From positions 186,001-250,000 of IMG/VR virus record IMGVR_UViG_3300042465_005589: a stretch of 64,000 bases of DNA; one strand, written 5' to 3'. Position numbers and translations under genes: made by a program. Positions 27,537 through 36,904 of this stretch are shown here, in pieces (the first letter of the stretch is position 1; each line of letters opens with the position of its first letter). The notes under the pieces were generated by a model. The model was not told the origin of the DNA. It was given only the letters and a program-made list of their open reading frames with translations, and did no database searches.

Positions 27537-27541
27537 TTGTT

Positions 27542-28054
27542 TTAGTTCAGTTCTTCTACGTCTTCTTGAATGACTTCACCACCGTCTCTTCTTTCTTGAG
27601 CCTCCAATACAGTATCTAAATTCCAACCATCATACGCAGTAAGTTTCTCACAACCTCTACCCATCCAATAGAACTCAGACATCCACTCTTCCCATTTGGA
27701 ATCAACCAACTTAATAAAGTTCTCGTCATTACCTCTATCTCGGTATCGTTGGATAAATTCCTCTTTTCTATTGTCATCCGGATAAACTAAATAAAAGAAA
27801 AGACAATTATCTAATAATGCGTCTCTAACTTCTTTATGTGATGACACAAAAATGTATTTATATTTACCTATACAATTTTTAATATGGGTAATGTAGTTCT
27901 GTGGAAACTCAGGATTTCTTACCTTTTCTCCATTCTCATTAACAACCCAACTGAAATTACTTGAATCCGAATCCAATGTAGTCCCTGTGTTGTTTTTATG
28001 ATACGTTGTTTTTCCAACACCAGGAAACGCAGATACTATCTTAGTTCTCAACAT
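27542..28054 (-). CDS. P-loop NTPase, nucleotide kinase-like
   Basis: IVSAFPGVGKTT, LDSDSSNF, IFVSSH. Confidence 0.8.
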   Translation of the reverse strand: MLRTKIVSAFPGVGKTTYHKNNTGTTLDSDSSNFSWVVNENGEKVRNPEFPQNYITHIKNCIGKYKYIFVSSHKEVRDALLDNCLFFYLVYPDDNRKEEFIQRYRDRGNDENFIKLVDSKWEEWMSEFYWMGRGCEKLTAYDGWNLDTVLEAQERRDGGEVIQEDVEELN

Positions 28055-28298
28055 CAGGAGTTATTACTTCAGCATCTGTTACATTAACCTCATTAACGTC
28101 ACCAAGAACCTCAGTATTTAATTCAGTTGTTTCACCATTTTCATTTTGGTATTGAGCTTTCAACTCTTCCATTTGTTTCTCAAACATTTCAGTATACTCT
28201 GCTTGAGCTTTCTTTCTTAATCCATTAAGGTTTTGATTTCTTAATGTAACTCTTTTTTTGTGAGCTTTTGCTCCACCACGTAATTTTGACTTTGGCAT
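28041..28298 (-). CDS. Hypothetical protein, basic N-terminus and acidic C-terminus
   Basis: Operon tiling. Confidence 0.7.
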   Translation of the reverse strand: MPKSKLRGGAKAHKKRVTLRNQNLNGLRKKAQAEYTEMFEKQMEELKAQYQNENGETTELNTEVLGDVNEVNVTDAEVITPDVEN

Positions 28299-28310
28299 AA
28301 TTGTTTTTAT

Positions 28311-28943
28311 TTAATTGTTATTTCTAATTTCATTTATTTGTTCTTCAGTAATATCCGGAGCATTTCTTAATTGTTCTAACATTTCATTAGTCATACCAAA
28401 ACCCTGACGAATAGTATTCATAACATTCATTTCATCATTAATTTCTATTCGGATTTCATCTAAAGTCATTCCCGGTTCATTCTCAATTTTTTCTTTAATC
28501 TCATTAGTCAATCTGTCAATAATGTCTTGACCCAAATTTTTATCTCTATCCGATGTTGGCTTACCATTAACATTTGTTTCATCTTCATCATCCTCATTTT
28601 TATAATAATCCAACCAATCCGGTCTCTCTTCAATTTTAATACTTTCAACCTTCTCAATCATTTTTTGAACTTCAGTTTTAGAACCTATTAACATTTTAGA
28701 CATCTGAACTTTTCGTTCAATATTTCTAAACCTATTATAATAATCTTGAGTGTTAGCTTTATGAAAATTTATATCTGTATCATTATCTTCCAAATAATTT
28801 ATAATACTTATAATTTCATCACTATCATCAGTAATACCCATATCATTTATTAACTGAAAAAAGTCATCACACTTAATAATCTTTCTTGTCTCTGTTTTAT
28901 TTTGTAAAAACTTAATAACAAAATCACCTAATTTAGTTTCCAT
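28311..28943 (-). CDS. Hypothetical protein; N-terminus resembles sigma-70 region 1.1
   Basis: QLINDMGI and DSDEIISIINYLED segments. Confidence 0.7.
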   Translation of the reverse strand: METKLGDFVIKFLQNKTETRKIIKCDDFFQLINDMGITDDSDEIISIINYLEDNDTDINFHKANTQDYYNRFRNIERKVQMSKMLIGSKTEVQKMIEKVESIKIEERPDWLDYYKNEDDEDETNVNGKPTSDRDKNLGQDIIDRLTNEIKEKIENEPGMTLDEIRIEINDEMNVMNTIRQGFGMTNEMLEQLRNAPDITEEQINEIRNNN

Positions 28944-28946
28944 ATT

Positions 28947-29297
28947 TTAATTTTTTGATGGTTTATTTTCTTCAAACCATTCAATTATTGCATTGATTGC
29001 CCATACCGCTCCAGATGATAGAATTCCATCAAAGAACCAACTAATCCATATTGGTGTACCAAACAATACAAATGTTGGTGAAAATACGGTTAATGATAAA
29101 AACCAACCTCCGTGAAAACTAAAACACATCGGACAAGTTATTATACCCGAGATAAAGTTAGCAATACCATTAAATGGTAATAATTTATTATTTCCCCATT
29201 TTTGGAAGAAATCTCTGAATCCCTGAAAGATTGACCCGTAAACCATAATATTCATAAGCCCGTAGCTTAAGATGAACCAAGTTAAAATGTTAATCAT
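28947..29297 (-). CDS. DUF1360-like membrane protein
   Basis: Three hydrophobic helices with ITCPMCFSFH. Confidence 0.7.
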   Translation of the reverse strand: MINILTWFILSYGLMNIMVYGSIFQGFRDFFQKWGNNKLLPFNGIANFISGIITCPMCFSFHGGWFLSLTVFSPTFVLFGTPIWISWFFDGILSSGAVWAINAIIEWFEENKPSKN

Positions 29298-29298
29298 A

Positions 29299-29907
29299 TT
29301 ACATCATTTCGTTTAAGTTAGAACCTTTCATAAAAATAGCCCCTTGACTAACTTTAACAGATTCCAATTGTTTATTTATTTTTTCAAGGTCTTCAATCCT
29401 TGTGTTCTTTAAAGATAGTTCTTTTCTAAGTTTCTGTAAAGTTTCTTGAAGAAGTAATGTCTTATCATTTGATTTTTCTATCTCAACAATCTTCTCGACT
29501 TCAATTATTCTCTCAATAATTATTGGTTCAGGTTTGTCACAAATGTTGTCTAAATTTGTGACAGGGATTTCCACCCTCACTTCTTTGATAACTTCTTTAT
29601 CAACATATTTAATAACCTCAACTTCTCGGATTATTTCTTTAATTACCTCAATCTCTTTGATAACTTCAACCGGAACTTCAACCCGTATTTCACGGATTAC
29701 TTCAATTTCTACCTGTTTTTCACCAACAATACCCGTTTTTCCCAAATCATCACCAAGTAACCCATATTTCGTAATGTTAAACCCTTCGGTATAACATTTG
29801 GTTATGAACTTGTCCACATCCTCAATATTATTTAATTTACAATACTCGTTGACGCTACTTAATTGACTAGCCGTTAGTTTTATTTGTGACACGTTCTTTG
29901 TTTTCAT
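29299..29907 (-). CDS. Protein with VEVIKE / VEVPV repeats and a coiled coil
   Basis: IEVIREIRVEVPVEVIKEIEVIKE repeats at about 29545-29720. Confidence 0.75.
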   Translation of the reverse strand: MKTKNVSQIKLTASQLSSVNEYCKLNNIEDVDKFITKCYTEGFNITKYGLLGDDLGKTGIVGEKQVEIEVIREIRVEVPVEVIKEIEVIKEIIREVEVIKYVDKEVIKEVRVEIPVTNLDNICDKPEPIIIERIIEVEKIVEIEKSNDKTLLLQETLQKLRKELSLKNTRIEDLEKINKQLESVKVSQGAIFMKGSNLNEMM

Positions 29908-30124
29908 TATACGTTATCCATTGGTCAACTTTGGAACAATCGTGACTATCAATACCACATTTCTTTAACTTCTTTTTAAGTTTTTTTAATTGTTTAATAG
30001 TCAATTTATCCACCCAAACCGTAATATGTCCGTGTTGCGGTTTTCCCAATAATCTATCTCTTTTAATCTGATTCTCCATTTCATCCCACTCTTCGTTGGT
30101 GTATTTGTCACTAAGATTTCCCAT
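29867..30124 (-). CDS. Hypothetical protein
   Basis: Operon tiling. Confidence 0.6.
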   Translation of the reverse strand: MGNLSDKYTNEEWDEMENQIKRDRLLGKPQHGHITVWVDKLTIKQLKKLKKKLKKCGIDSHDCSKVDQWITYNENKERVTNKTNG

Positions 30125-30899
30125 AATTAATTAATTTTTCAGTTCCATTAATTATATCATCAAATGATTTCATCTTAAATGATAAGAAAGGTTTTGGATT
30201 ATCTAAATCAACAAATGAATATTCATCAGATTCTAAATTGTAAATTCCAAATCCGTGTTTGGTTATTGTCTCCCCATAGTTCTGTTGGATTGTTGAACCC
30301 ACCATATATGCTTTCTTTCCTCCCGGAATGTTAAAGATTTGTCTTTTGTGAATATCACCACATAATACCAAGTCACAACCATCAAACTTATCAGTTTCAA
30401 ATCCGGTTTCAAACTTATATCCGATATCGGTTGTTAATCCCTGAACTGGTCCGTGGAACAATCCAATCTTTAATCTACCCGTTTTTTCAATCTCAGGCGG
30501 AATGTTATGGTCAAGTAATGAATACACCACCCAATCAACATTATCATCCTCGTATTCACCTCTATTCTTCAAATAAACGATGTTGTCGTCCTTTAACGAA
30601 TCAATTACCGGTGTAAGAGCGTCCAATCTTGATGAATTACTCTCCAAAAAATCATGGTTTCCAATTATAACAATAGTTTTGGCAATCTGAGAACACTCCG
30701 TAAGAATCCAAGCAACGAACTCAATAAGTTCAGGTGTCATTTGGTTCTTGGAATGAACTAGGTCTCCCGAAAACACGATTCTACAAGGTTTAATATCTCT
30801 AAATTGTTCCAACATATCATTCAAAATTAACCTATAAAGGTCGTGGTCTTTGAATAATCTTATATGTAAGTCACTGAAGTGGACTATTTTTTTAATCAT
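30111..30899 (-). CDS. sbcD: SbcD/Mre11/gp47-like metallophosphoesterase nuclease
   Basis: SDLH, GDLVH, GNHD, FHG, GDIH motifs; start moved to 30899 (MIKKIVH). Confidence 0.92.
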   Translation of the reverse strand: MIKKIVHFSDLHIRLFKDHDLYRLILNDMLEQFRDIKPCRIVFSGDLVHSKNQMTPELIEFVAWILTECSQIAKTIVIIGNHDFLESNSSRLDALTPVIDSLKDDNIVYLKNRGEYEDDNVDWVVYSLLDHNIPPEIEKTGRLKIGLFHGPVQGLTTDIGYKFETGFETDKFDGCDLVLCGDIHKRQIFNIPGGKKAYMVGSTIQQNYGETITKHGFGIYNLESDEYSFVDLDNPKPFLSFKMKSFDDIINGTEKLINYGKS

Positions 30900-30909
30900 A
30901 TTTTTTTTA

Positions 30910-31131
30910 TTAGTGAGTCCCATTTGTTAATGAAATTCCGTGTTTAATACCTGAAATAAAATCTTGAGTTTCATCTTCAGTCATATTCTTATATTTATAT
31001 CCAACTATAATTCCAATCTCATTACCACAGTCACTCAAGTCACCGGTATAGTTCATTCTCCCAACATTTTCTTTTAATGAGTTGGCAATCCAATTTAAAT
31101 CATTTGTATCAAAAGTTCTTTCAGTAATCAT
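30910..31131 (-). CDS. Hypothetical protein
   Basis: Operon tiling. Confidence 0.65.
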   Translation of the reverse strand: MITERTFDTNDLNWIANSLKENVGRMNYTGDLSDCGNEIGIIVGYKYKNMTEDETQDFISGIKHGISLTNGTH

Positions 31132-31346
31132 TACTTATCAAATAATTTAAATTCCTCATTTACGTGACTACAATCATCACATCTGTAAGTCGGAAAAGGT
31201 ACAATAGTGTCTTCTTGACTTCCCGTTAACAACTTGTTAACTTTTTTTATCATCGTAACTTCTTTGAAATAGATACTATCGCACTGCTCACATACTAATG
31301 TAGGTTGTTTCTTTAAATCAATCTTTGGTTGTAATAAATCGTCCAT
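31131..31346 (-). CDS. Zinc-ribbon protein
   Basis: CEQC...CDDC. Confidence 0.75.
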   Translation of the reverse strand: MDDLLQPKIDLKKQPTLVCEQCDSIYFKEVTMIKKVNKLLTGSQEDTIVPFPTYRCDDCSHVNEEFKLFDK

Positions 31347-31374
31347 ATTCTTTTTTTATAAATTTAGTTTATTT

Positions 31375-32238
31375 TTATTTCTTTGTCAAATACTTTGACA
31401 TATCCATTTCCAAGATAGTGTCTTGAACTGTCTTTGGTATTCTAAATTCTTCAAATGTTCCATTATCTTTAACAAGAACAATAATACATCCATATACTTT
31501 AATGTTTTCGTATTTAGACCCTTTCAACATCTTTAATAATAGCTTACAATAAAATGGTAATTGTGTTGAATAATGTCCAAGAGCGGTATCGTCTAACTTT
31601 TCAAAAGGATATTTCATTTTTTTGGTAAAATAACTCGCCTCAAAGTTTTTTGGTTTATTAGTTTTATAATCAGTACATATTATGCCAATCTCAGTTTTAT
31701 CTTTATTCTCAATTAACCACATTTTATCCGGAGCTCCGGTATAACCATACTCATCATCACCAAGAATTAACTCGGTATCTAATAACAACGCACCACGCTC
31801 TTTCATAGTTTCTAAAAAGTTAGTTCCGGCAGATACCATAGAATCACTACGTAATATCTGCTCAAAATTACACTCAAATTCAGGTTGTCTAACCTCCTTA
31901 TCCAACTCAAACATCTCTAAAGATTTTTTCTCCAATAAAAAGTGAGTTCTACTTCCCACATTTATTGAATAGTCTGCCGCGGCTTTCCATTCATCTAATA
32001 ATTGTTGTTGAACATCGGGGTCACCATTTGCCTTTTTTAATGATATCCCTTCAGAATCAAATTCTGTGTAAAATAATTTCATCACTTTACTCACCGAAGG
32101 CCAATCACTTTTTAATTCACCTTTGGCGTTTTTCATCGTGTAGGTATGTGTGTCCTCCACAAATGTAAGTTCAAGTTCTTGTCGTCTTTTTTCTAAAATA
32201 TCTAATATTTCAGTTGCAACATTTTTTAATTTATTCAT
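31375..32238 (-). CDS. PD-(D/E)XK exonuclease (Cas4/RecB-like phage family)
   Basis: PSVSKV, GSRTH, GAPDK, TDYKT, HYSTQLPFY. Confidence 0.85.
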   Translation of the reverse strand: MNKLKNVATEILDILEKRRQELELTFVEDTHTYTMKNAKGELKSDWPSVSKVMKLFYTEFDSEGISLKKANGDPDVQQQLLDEWKAAADYSINVGSRTHFLLEKKSLEMFELDKEVRQPEFECNFEQILRSDSMVSAGTNFLETMKERGALLLDTELILGDDEYGYTGAPDKMWLIENKDKTEIGIICTDYKTNKPKNFEASYFTKKMKYPFEKLDDTALGHYSTQLPFYCKLLLKMLKGSKYENIKVYGCIIVLVKDNGTFEEFRIPKTVQDTILEMDMSKYLTKK

Positions 32239-33138
32239 TTATTTCATTGTATAAAAGTAATCACTGATATCACCCCTTAAATCGGCAACATCGGCATCAC
32301 CCGTTAATTTTATTATTTTAACCTTACCATATAATCTCCCACCATTTAAGTTGTGGAATAGTTTTACACCATCGTTCCAAGCATCACTATCCAAACAAAT
32401 AATTATATTCCCATTTGCTTTCTCGTATAATGTATTAAGTAATAACTCTGACATATGTTTTCCCAACATAGAAATACTATTAGGTAGGAAGATTGCATCA
32501 AACGCTCCCTCACAAAGATGAATGTCCTCATTCCAATTGATTGTACTTTCAAAGAATATTATTTCATCCTTTGAAGCTTCGGGGTTTTTATATTTGGCAC
32601 GACTATTTGGGTCCCAACTTCGGGCTATGAAATAATTTAATTTATTTTTACTATCGTAAGATGGGATTATTATCCTTCCCGAAAACGCTCCTTTATCACA
32701 GAACCCAATACCATATTTTTCAATAATATTATCAGTAATCCCACGTTGAGTTAAATAATTATAAGCTTGACGACGAACAGGGTAAACTAAACTGCTGTCC
32801 TTGAATAGGGTAAACCCATCTGGCAGTTTTAATATATCTTTTCGTTTCTCTTTTGGTTTATGTTGTTCAGGTTGAAGTAGGTTATATATTTTTTTCTGTT
32901 TCTTATTACCAAAATTATCTATAAGTTTTCCCAAAGGTCCTTTGGTGTTATTCTCATCACCACAACTCCAACACTTGTAAACGTGTTCAAAGTAGTTTAC
33001 CTCAAGGTTTCCTTTGTGTTGTTCTTCATCGCATATTGGACAATCAAAAGATATTTGACCTTTTGATTCATAGTGAAGTTTTTCATCTCCCAATATATCG
33101 TGTAGTATTTCTAGTAAAATTTCGGCATCATCTGACAT
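32239..33138 (-). CDS. dnaG: DNA primase (zinc finger plus Toprim)
   Basis: CPIC...CWSC, RIIIP, KYKNP, LCEGAFDA, CLDSDA; start moved to 33138 (MSDDAE), directly after the -7 element. Confidence 0.9.
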   Translation of the reverse strand: MSDDAEILLEILHDILGDEKLHYESKGQISFDCPICDEEQHKGNLEVNYFEHVYKCWSCGDENNTKGPLGKLIDNFGNKKQKKIYNLLQPEQHKPKEKRKDILKLPDGFTLFKDSSLVYPVRRQAYNYLTQRGITDNIIEKYGIGFCDKGAFSGRIIIPSYDSKNKLNYFIARSWDPNSRAKYKNPEASKDEIIFFESTINWNEDIHLCEGAFDAIFLPNSISMLGKHMSELLLNTLYEKANGNIIICLDSDAWNDGVKLFHNLNGGRLYGKVKIIKLTGDADVADLRGDISDYFYTMK

Positions 33139-33142
33139 ATAG

Positions 33143-33173
33143 CAAAGATAAGAAAAAATAATATAACAGTCAA
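33143..33173 (-). promoter_or_regulatory. Bacteroidetes-type promoter heading the replication operon
   Basis: caaagata 33143-33150, caa 33171-33173; implies an almost leaderless mRNA. Confidence 0.6.
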
Positions 33174-33199
33174 TCTTCACAAGTTTTTCATTCCTATTA

Positions 33200-33206
33200 T
33201 ATTTAT
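33200..33206 (+). promoter_or_regulatory. Late motif TATTTAT heading the rightward structural block
   Basis: The same motif precedes many structural genes. Confidence 0.6.
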
Positions 33207-33223
33207 TGAGATAACCTAGAGAA

Positions 33224-33439
33224 ATGAGCACACAAATAACTATAAGTAATATTACCGGAGTATCTCCTTTTAAAGTGTATCTATGTGATAACCCTATTAC
33301 TTTATCAATATATATAGACACAATTTCAACGTTTCCATATAATGTGGTTATACCTCCTATTTGGAGTACGTTGACATCATTTAATATAAAAGTTATAGAT
33401 AATAATAATTGTGAATCAATTTTAAATTTAACATTATAA
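33224..33439 (+). CDS. Small beta-rich structural protein (paralogue of 36568-36873)
   Basis: ITISNITG.SPF.VYLCD...IKVIDNNNCE. Confidence 0.75.
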   Translation: MSTQITISNITGVSPFKVYLCDNPITLSIYIDTISTFPYNVVIPPIWSTLTSFNIKVIDNNNCESILNLTL

Positions 33440-33440
33440 T

Positions 33441-34343
33441 ATGCCTTGTAGTTCTACATATTGCCTTTCAAACACTGGTTACCCAACATTCGACGATGTA
33501 TACTTTAGTGCCGGAACACATAATTCTCAACTATATTGGACCGGTCAAACTAATAGTTTATTTATCTATTATAATACCGGGTCAACCCAATGGTGTTTAT
33601 CAACCGTTTTAGATGGAGTTTGTTTATTATCAGGTCAATCACCTTGTTTTAACCCATGTCCGGATTTAGACGATGTTTATTTCTCTAGCGGAACATGTCC
33701 CACTCCGACCCCAACCCCAACAGCATATTGTTCTAGTTTAAATTTTTCAGCAATTTTTGATTGTGATGTTGACACACCAACTCCCACACCTACACCCACA
33801 TCCACTCCAACCTCAACGCCAACTCCAACCCCTACCAACCCATGTAATGTTGTTATAAGTGCAACAATTCAAAATATCCCAAATACTCCCACACCAACAC
33901 CAACATTAACACCTACACCTACTCCACCTGTTGCTCGTACTTGTACTTTTGAGGGAGCGGTAACTTTCAACACAATAGATGATAGTATTGTATGTCCGTA
34001 TAGTTATCAATTCCAAAGTTGTTATAATGGTATGATGTATTACACAACAAATCAAATTGTAACTCCAGGTAATATTCCAATTGAAAAGTTTCACGTTTAT
34101 CAAGCCAATGTTAATGGAATTGTTATGTGTGTTGGATATATTGGAGTTAATAATAACACTATTGGTAAAGACGATATTACACTATTATTAGGACCATACG
34201 GATTTTTAGATGATGGTGATTGTATATTATGTTCTCAATCAATAGTCCCTACACCAACACCAACACCGACACCAACAGAAACCATACTCCCATCAGAATG
34301 TACTGACTGTGGAATGGAAGGTTACTTATATAATAAAACTTAA
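33441..34343 (+). CDS. Cys-rich tail-associated protein with four Pro-Thr tracts
   Basis: PTPTPTPT linkers separating Cys-containing modules. Confidence 0.8.
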   Translation: MPCSSTYCLSNTGYPTFDDVYFSAGTHNSQLYWTGQTNSLFIYYNTGSTQWCLSTVLDGVCLLSGQSPCFNPCPDLDDVYFSSGTCPTPTPTPTAYCSSLNFSAIFDCDVDTPTPTPTPTSTPTSTPTPTPTNPCNVVISATIQNIPNTPTPTPTLTPTPTPPVARTCTFEGAVTFNTIDDSIVCPYSYQFQSCYNGMMYYTTNQIVTPGNIPIEKFHVYQANVNGIVMCVGYIGVNNNTIGKDDITLLLGPYGFLDDGDCILCSQSIVPTPTPTPTPTETILPSECTDCGMEGYLYNKT

Positions 34344-34353
34344 AAATTAAAAT

Positions 34354-36564
34354 ATGCCATTTTCAGCATCAACTTGTTTAACAAATTCAGGAACTGTCGC
34401 TTTAGGAGGGACATTTAACATATATTCAAATGTTGATGGATATACCACTCCTTTCCAAACTAACGTAAGTTATACTAGTTTATTTGGTCCGTTATGCCCA
34501 TATGTTATGGGTAATGTACCTAATGGGACTAATACAATTAGAATTATTGATATCACAACCACATGTTGTGCAACTATTGAATTACTATCTAATGATTTAT
34601 GTACAACTTGCGATTTATCATTTGATTCATATCAAACTAATAATGTTGGGATAATTGTTGCCGGAGAATTAACAGGTAGTTGTGAAAATGACATCACCGA
34701 TTATAGAATATTTTGGTATGGTCCAAATTCGTCAACTAATCTTGCATTTACATCAGGTTATGGAAGCTCCTTTGTACCATACAATTTAACACATCCATTA
34801 GTAGGAATTAACTCACCAATGGTTGAAGCCGGAACATATATTCCAGTTATTGATAAGGTAAAACTAAATGGTCTTAATTATTCTCAAACAGGTGGAACAG
34901 GTTATATTCAAGCAGAATTAGAATGTTTTAACGCGACAACAGTTAATGTCCAACCTTTTACTTGTGATAATGGAACAGTACCGTTACCGAACGATTATAC
35001 TCATAGGGTTAATTTTTCTGCAGCAGCCGCAGGTACCACTCCATTAACATTACAATCAACTTTTGATTTAGACATTACAACTAATTATTTTTCGTGGAAA
35101 TTTAAAGGGGATGCAATTCCGGATTTTCTTAAAATAACATTCTATGGTTCAGATTATTCCGACCCAATTATTTTAGAATATTGGGAAATTGGGGGAAACA
35201 TTTCAATTTCCAATGCGGAGTATTTGACATTTCCAAAATCCGCTAGCACCACAGATTATTTTTCAAAAGTAACCTCATTAACCTCATTATCAAGAAATGT
35301 TGGCGATTATCTAATTTTAGAAGTAATTCCAAACCAATTTAACTCACAAACAAATTGGGATTTTTATTTTACTTGTATGAATAGTTTTGATTGTGATTTA
35401 TGTTTATATGATTATTTAAATACACCATATAAAATAAAATCATCATCTATTACAGGTATTACGGGTTCGTGTTCTTCAATTGAGGTCAAATTTGATGTAT
35501 CCGGATGTACCGAAAGTTCAATAATAAATAGCGATATTTACAAATATCAAAAAACAGACGCAAATCCACTCTCAACAACAAGTTTTAATACTAATACATA
35601 TACAGATGATATCACGGGATTAAGAAATAGAACAACAGGTAGTTTGGATTGGGACGCAACATCCTGCAGTATGCTTTTTGGTATAAATGTTCCTCCAATT
35701 TGTTCACCTATACCTAACACAAACATAATATCTTTTAAAAAAGAAAATACCGGACCATCAGGACAAGGTGTAATTAAAATGGAATTTAGTAGTTTAAGTG
35801 ATTTAGTTGATTATAAATCGTCTTATGATTTGACATTACCTTATTCAGGAACACCATTTAATTCTGCCGACCCAAATTATTATAGATATTTTCAATTATT
35901 TATACCAAAAAACTTAACTCCAAATACTAATTGTGGTGATGGAACGTCTCTTTTAACGTATTATTTACATTATTCTAGTATAGTAACAACAGGAACTACC
36001 GGAGGAAATTATACTTTAAACATAACAATGCCAACAATATCTGACGATATCGCACCGTTTGACCCTTGTGACATAAATTGTCAATTAAATATTAATAGTG
36101 TTGTAACAACAGTTAATAATTCTTCAACAGGTGCAACAAATGTTGAGGATTTTACTTCTAACACCGGTTCTAAATACGTTGTACCTTTTGGAGTAACAAA
36201 ATATTTTGTTGAGTTTCCTCCTGTCACTAACAGTGCTAGTACTATTCAAGGAGTATATTATCTTAACAATTATCTTAATGCAACAGTACCTTTTTCAGGT
36301 AGTAGTTCTCCCTATACTCGAATACCTTCGTTATCCGCAGTAACTTGTAATAATTTCACATCTATTGGGGTATCATATACCCAAGTACAATTTGTATACA
36401 TATATAATTATAAAGTTGAATTGACCGACCAAAATAATTTTAAGTCTTTTAGAATTTTAGCAACACCTATAGTTAACGGAGCACCTAGTGGTATATTCAG
36501 TGATATCGTCGCAACGGTGGTTAATGGTTCATTAACGTACGCAAACCCATCATATACTTTTTAA
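34354..36564 (+). CDS. Large tail-associated structural protein
   Basis: 736 aa, S/T/N-rich, beta-type, many Cys; located in the tail cluster. Confidence 0.75.
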   Translation: MPFSASTCLTNSGTVALGGTFNIYSNVDGYTTPFQTNVSYTSLFGPLCPYVMGNVPNGTNTIRIIDITTTCCATIELLSNDLCTTCDLSFDSYQTNNVGIIVAGELTGSCENDITDYRIFWYGPNSSTNLAFTSGYGSSFVPYNLTHPLVGINSPMVEAGTYIPVIDKVKLNGLNYSQTGGTGYIQAELECFNATTVNVQPFTCDNGTVPLPNDYTHRVNFSAAAAGTTPLTLQSTFDLDITTNYFSWKFKGDAIPDFLKITFYGSDYSDPIILEYWEIGGNISISNAEYLTFPKSASTTDYFSKVTSLTSLSRNVGDYLILEVIPNQFNSQTNWDFYFTCMNSFDCDLCLYDYLNTPYKIKSSSITGITGSCSSIEVKFDVSGCTESSIINSDIYKYQKTDANPLSTTSFNTNTYTDDITGLRNRTTGSLDWDATSCSMLFGINVPPICSPIPNTNIISFKKENTGPSGQGVIKMEFSSLSDLVDYKSSYDLTLPYSGTPFNSADPNYYRYFQLFIPKNLTPNTNCGDGTSLLTYYLHYSSIVTTGTTGGNYTLNITMPTISDDIAPFDPCDINCQLNINSVVTTVNNSSTGATNVEDFTSNTGSKYVVPFGVTKYFVEFPPVTNSASTIQGVYYLNNYLNATVPFSGSSSPYTRIPSLSAVTCNNFTSIGVSYTQVQFVYIYNYKVELTDQNNFKSFRILATPIVNGAPSGIFSDIVATVVNGSLTYANPSYTF

Positions 36565-36567
36565 GAT

Positions 36568-36873
36568 ATGACAGCTATTAACATACAGTCAATCACAGGT
36601 TCAAATTTTCCATATACAATTTACGCTTGTGATGTCTATGGAAATCAATGTGCGTTAATCGCCACAATCGTAACATCTGTACCCCCTGACAATATTATTG
36701 TATTACCATCTCAATTTAATAGTGTAGCCGCTGTCGGTATTAAAGTTATTTATGGAGATGGTTGTGAAAGATTTGAAGTTGTACTTTGTAACTTATTACC
36801 TCCGGTACCAAAACAATTCCAAGATTATCAATATTTTGAATTTATGGATTTTGATATATACGATTTCCAATAA
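36568..36873 (+). CDS. Small structural protein (paralogue of 33224-33439)
   Basis: INIQSITG..FPYTIYACD...IKVIYGDGCE; C-terminal KQFQDYQYFEFMDFDIYDFQ. Confidence 0.75.
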   Translation: MTAINIQSITGSNFPYTIYACDVYGNQCALIATIVTSVPPDNIIVLPSQFNSVAAVGIKVIYGDGCERFEVVLCNLLPPVPKQFQDYQYFEFMDFDIYDFQ

Positions 36874-36904
36874 CAAACTATTTATATTATAAAACAAAAA
36901 ACCA

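Noticed and set aside
31375-32238. Cas4 as part of a CRISPR system
   Set aside because: No cas1/cas2 or array; context next to the primase fits an ordinary phage exonuclease
24992-33138. Inteins or introns in the replication genes
   Set aside because: No intein splice motifs or frame interruptions were noticed; protein lengths fit uninterrupted domains
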